From Toensbergia leucococca (lineage: Eukaryota): a stretch of DNA of 40,766 nucleotides. Both the position numbers and the translations under genes were made by a program. Numbering within the stretch: position 1 is the stretch's first letter; each line of letters opens with the position of its first letter. Of this stretch, positions 36,516-40,766 are shown piece after piece. Location of the stretch: contig JALDZS010000204.1 in the NCBI GenBank assembly GCA_022813965.1, positions 1-40,766 of the forward strand, written 5' to 3'. The notes under the pieces are model-generated. The model had not been told where the DNA came from. It made no database searches and was given only the letters and a program-made list of their open reading frames with translations.

Positions 36516-37894
36516 CTACCCAATCCTCGTCAAATCTGGGTCTCTCATCATTGACTCTGCTTTAATCTGGTATTCAGAGAAAATCTCAATCGCCTTTGGA
36601 GATTGTCAGCATGCAGTGCCTTCAAGGGTAGGAAGCGAAGTCTTTTTTACCTGTGCAGTCTTACTCTGTCCCTTACCACCCGCGCTTTTGGCGAAGGCTT
36701 CTCGGAACATGGCCTCATTGTCGATAAAAGTCGTGTGCTCCACCTCTTGCCCTTCAAGTGTTGCCTTGTCTTGGAATAATGAGCGATCTACCAGTTGCGA
36801 TTCCAGCTCTTCACTCCTTGAAAGGGTATGTAGAAGGCTGGGAGCAACGGTAAGGGAGGCGACACCAGCAAGCTTGACAGCTTCGTCCACCGAAAGCAGG
36901 CCGGCAGCCTTGACCCGTGTAACGTACGAGTGTTGCTCGAAGTATCGCTGAGCCTGGACACAAAGCGGCAGAATTGGCTCCCCGTCGTGATATCTACTTG
37001 GTGTGAGTTTTCTGCATATGTCGTCCTTTGAGATCTGGCTAGAATGACTGACGTCTCATCAAAGAAAGCTTTGAGCTCATGCACGAACGGCGCAATATAA
37101 ACGCATCCAGCCTCAGCAGCCAAGATTGCCTGCTCCATGGTGAAGAGCGTAGTTGCCAGAGTCCTAATGCCCAGGCTGGTCAATTCGCGGCAGGCTTGAA
37201 GACCTTCCCATGTCCCGACTACCTTGATGCAAAGTCTCGATTGATCGAAGCTTGGTTGTAGGCGAGTGCATATTTTAGAGATGCCTATAATCCAGCATCA
37301 GCACTTTTATCAATCGCAGCAGGCAGGCGTCCAGAATAGAGCGTACGTTGCGCATTCTCAACGAATTGTTTGGTGGTTTGCAGGGTTGGATTGGCCATGA
37401 CGTGGATATCTCCTGTGATCAAAGGCACCAGTATCAAAGACAAGCTCACCATCTTTTTGTTCTGTTAGCCAGTATTGCCACCGACAATCCTTCTTTGCAA
37501 ATGGGAGCACGACAAACCGATATTTCCACGGCCAGCTCTTCGGGGGAGACATGTGGAAAGTCACAGTGAATCTGCTGAGCTAAAGCTGCAGACTTTTTGA
37601 GCAGAGCGGCCCTCTGAGGGTTGAGTAGTTCTAGGTAGGCATCGGCCTAAGAGATTCATCAACAGCGATTAGATGGCCTATGATGGAACGTTGTACTTGG
37701 TTTGAAGTGCAGTCGACAAATGGTCCTAGCTCAGTTGCAACTACCGACCCATGCTCGTCAGCTCTACAATAGAATAACGCGAGATATCACAAATTAAGGA
37801 GAGATTTACGCTCGATATCCAAACTATCACAGTCAACTTGACTCTTTGAGCGAAGATATTCCAGGAGGTTGATTTTCTCCGCTAAAGAACCCAT
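36516..37894 (-). CDS. Divergent transaldolase/FSA-fold class I aldolase, multi-exon
   Basis: Spliced: MGSLAEKINLLEYLRSKSQVDCDSLD..DCTSNQ..GDIHVMANP..RLCIKVVGTWEGLQACRELTSLGIRTLATTLFTMEQAILAAEAGCVYIAPFVHEL..VKAAGLLSVDEAVKLAGVASLTVAPSLL..AIEIFSEYQ. The Schiff-base Lys motif is retained. Confidence 0.88.
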
Positions 37895-38204
37895 ATCTAA
37901 GACTATGATATTTTCTACATTCAACAAAGTCGAATCTCTAACAAGGCCTGGTCGGGTTTAAGACAGAGACAGCACTGCGTATTGAAAGAGGGCACGCTAT
38001 CACCGGGGTTGCGAAATAGGCCAAGAATATGCATGGCGCTCGTCACATCCTAAGTTCCGTTCAATCGATGGGATCGACTCGGCCTCAGTCTATCTGGGCT
38101 ACCACTGTGTAAGCGGGATCAGCTCTAGCCGTAATTTACGACTAGGAGTGGATTTGGATTTGAAAAGGTAAACCCCTGCTAGTAACGTCGGTTATAGGCA
38201 GGGC

Positions 38205-38304
38205 CCACCTAAGGGAGCCACCTAAGTAATCAAGAAATCCGACTTACTGGACGCCTAGAACCGAGTTGAGTTGGGGGAAATTGTGGGAAATTGTGGGAAA
38301 TTAT
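38205..38304. repeat. Short direct repeats (CCACCTAAG x2; GGGAAATTGT x3) in the aldolase/RIB3 divergent promoter
   Basis: CCACCTAAG at 38205 and 38218. GGGAAATTGT at 38275 and 38285, with GGGAAATTAT at 38295. Confidence 0.7.
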
Positions 38305-38926
38305 GCATCAGAGAACGCTAAAGTAGGGATGATCCCCGAGGCCGGCCGATTCGCGAGAAATCGGCATCCCTGGCTATATGCAGTATACAGGCATAACCCT
38401 AACGGAAATTGTTTTAGGATCAATACTTGAGTACAAGGCGCCGCGGCCGACAAAGTTGCAAGACACTGCCTAAAAGATACCCATTTGGACAGAAACTTAA
38501 CCTTGGTGAAAGAGATCTCATGCATGATCATCAGCGCCATGGAAGGTTGATTGTGAGCTACCCTTTGTGATCACGCCGCATGAACCGATACAATCTTGCA
38601 GTAGATGGGCCTGGCTCGGCGTACATGGCATTCTCCAGCCTGGTCGAACTCTAGATCAGAAAGGCACGGCATTCAAGAATTGGGCAAGCTTTGGCAGAAG
38701 GGAAATTGCGACTTCTGGAACCGATAGTGAAGGCTAAGAAGGTTAGCTGGGCGTCGTGTGCTGCTATGTCCGCCTGTCTAGCTATGCTAGTCGACAACGG
38801 CCTTCATGCGCTATCTTAGATCACTATTGAGCTTAACGACAATCATCAAGTATTCAAAGGCACAAATCACGACATTAAATCTTATATCACCATTCGCCTG
38901 AAAGTATTCCAATACCAACTGACGAC

Positions 38927-39750
38927 ATGCTTCCTTTACTACCAGACCAGGGCGTCTCGCAACATTCTCAGCATACCCACCTGGACGGAAATCTGGAAAA
39001 CAACGGAACGCCGAAGCTACAATTTGACACCATCGAAGATACAATTGAAGCATTCAGTGAGCCATACACCACCCCTAAGAAAAAGGCCCCACAAAGCTAA
39101 TAAGGCCGTCCCCAGGGCATGGAGAATTCATCATCGTCCTCGACAGCACCTCCCGCGAAAATGAAGGCGACCTCATCATCGCCGCCTCAGAAATAACCAC
39201 CGAAAAAATGGCCTTCATGATCCACCACACCAGCGGCCTGATCTGCACTCCCGTATCTTCCTCCCTCACCACCTCCCTAGACCTCCCACAAATGGTTCTC
39301 AATGACAACGACATCGAGAGCACCGCCTACACCGTCTCCATCGACGCCTCAGACGTACGCATCACAACCGGTATATCAGCTTATGACCGAGCGCTCACGT
39401 GCCGCACACTTGCTTCGAAGTCCGCTCGACCAGATTCCTTTCGGAGGCCGGGACATGTGTTTCCGCTTAGGGCGAAGGACGGTGGGGTGAGAGAGAGGAG
39501 AGGGTATACGGAAGCTACGATTGAGTTCTGCAAGCTGGCGAGGAAGGCGCCAGCGGGGGTGTTGTCTGAGTTGGTGGACAATGGGGAGGAAGTAGAGGGA
39601 AGGACAGAACGAATACATGGGGGGATGACGAGGAGGAATGGCTGTTTGATGTTTGGGAGGAGATGGGGGATTAGGGTGTGCACGATTGAGGCTTTGGTGG
39701 AGTACCTCGATGGAAGGAATGCGGAAGATAAGATTAACGGCCATGTATAA
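38927..39750 (+). CDS. RIB3: 3,4-dihydroxy-2-butanone 4-phosphate synthase homologue (RibB/RIB3), 2 exons, 254 aa, with His->Tyr in the GHTEA motif
   Basis: Exons 38927-39056 and 39116-39750. FDTIEDTIEAF, GEFIIVLD..RENEGDLI, TSGLIC, AYTVSID, TGISAYDRA, RPGHVFPL, RRGYTEA. Confidence 0.9.
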
Positions 39751-40766
39751 ACTGAAGACAGTAGACCTATACTGGATCTTGTCGTCGCCGCATCTACGAA
39801 TATTTGTCCAAAGGTTCAAAGAATAATGTTCTAAAAAGTCTCTGGTGTGTCCCGAGCCGCTCCGCTCGATGGATTTATCAGATAATGATTAGCAGGAGTA
39901 CGCGTTCTACTAGGCACTTGGCTGATGAGGTAAATAGCTTTGTACCTGGAGGAGACGTCGCATGTTCGACGATTAAATAATCCAGACACCATACTACATA
40001 GTACACAGTTCAGCGTCCGAGGATACCCAAAAGACTGATGGGACAGTGATGAAATCTCAACCAAACTCAGGGTTAATTTGAAGCAAAACCCATGAACAAA
40101 ATCACAGGATGACAATTACTGACGCTGCCTGAAAAAGTCTGGTGAAAGATGTAGTCTTCCATGAGCCTTTACCTGCTAGCCATCCAGTGACGGCTGGATT
40201 TGGTTTCAATATCGCGGAGAAGAGGAAGTGCAACTTGCCTCCAAGCACTTGTCGGCATTGCGAGTCCACAGACAGCCAAGAGCCCTGAGACCTAGAATCT
40301 TTCTTGTGTGACATTAACATTACGGCTTCAATATCGTGAGAATTCAAGAACCTAACCATCTTCCTCAGCCACTCGCGATCTCTTGGTGAGGGAAAGAAGG
40401 ATGACAGGCCCTATCTAGGCACTTGAGGATAAGCATCAATCCCACCACTCAAGCGACCATCTTATACTGCCCAGTATTGAGACCCATCCTGCCGAGCACA
40501 TAGTAGCGCGTGTTATCCATCAATACTGAAGGAGCACCTGGAGTAAGGAAGCTGAGGATACCGAGAGATCGCTAAGGTATACGCGCCCTTCAGGATAAAG
40601 GGCTTTCCAAGTACAACTCAGGAACTGCCTAGGTGCATCGTCATGATCCTGTGTACATTCAAGGTTCGGCTAATTGTAAGATAAAGATCTAATATCAAAG
40701 TCGAGGGCGATGGTATGACATACTTGGAACACCTAGAACCTGTCATGAACAGTGGCCACGTCAACC

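Noticed and set aside
39831..40766. Possible gene end or LTR at the right edge (minus-strand LTWPLFMTG resembling a fungal TF C-terminal motif; TGACA/TGTCA near 40716-40745)
   Set aside because: Too short and truncated by the window. No TSD or extended reading frame supports either call; flanking sequence is needed.

Overview
Intron-containing fungal (Pezizomycotina-type) genomic DNA holding a compact secondary-metabolite gene cluster of 15 genes, all with reading frames that stay intact after splicing. In order: MFS transporter, secreted arylsulfotransferase (ASST) family protein, PAPS-type sulfotransferase, 2OG-Fe(II) oxygenase, MFS transporter, [nested RIP-mutated transposons], VOC/glyoxalase protein, SwnR-like NmrA reductase, SwnH-like PhyH dioxygenase, SAM methyltransferase, GT2 glycosyltransferase, single-module NRPS-like C*-A-T-R reductase, HtyE/GloF-like (proline-hydroxylase type) 2OG oxygenase, MFS transporter, atypical transaldolase-fold aldolase and a RIB3/DHBP-synthase homologue. 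A full-length, RIP-inactivated Tad-like LINE (11399-17816, 14-bp TSD) splits the cluster and carries a solo LTR and a hAT-type MITE. I do not recognise this gene set as a characterised cluster. The enzyme logic (amino acid -> amino-aldehyde -> aldol extension -> cyclic iminium reduction -> hydroxylation, glycosylation, methylation, sulfation) suggests, as an inference, a route to polyhydroxylated pyrrolizidine/indolizidine iminosugar alkaloids. All family assignments come from reading motifs by eye; no database searches were run.
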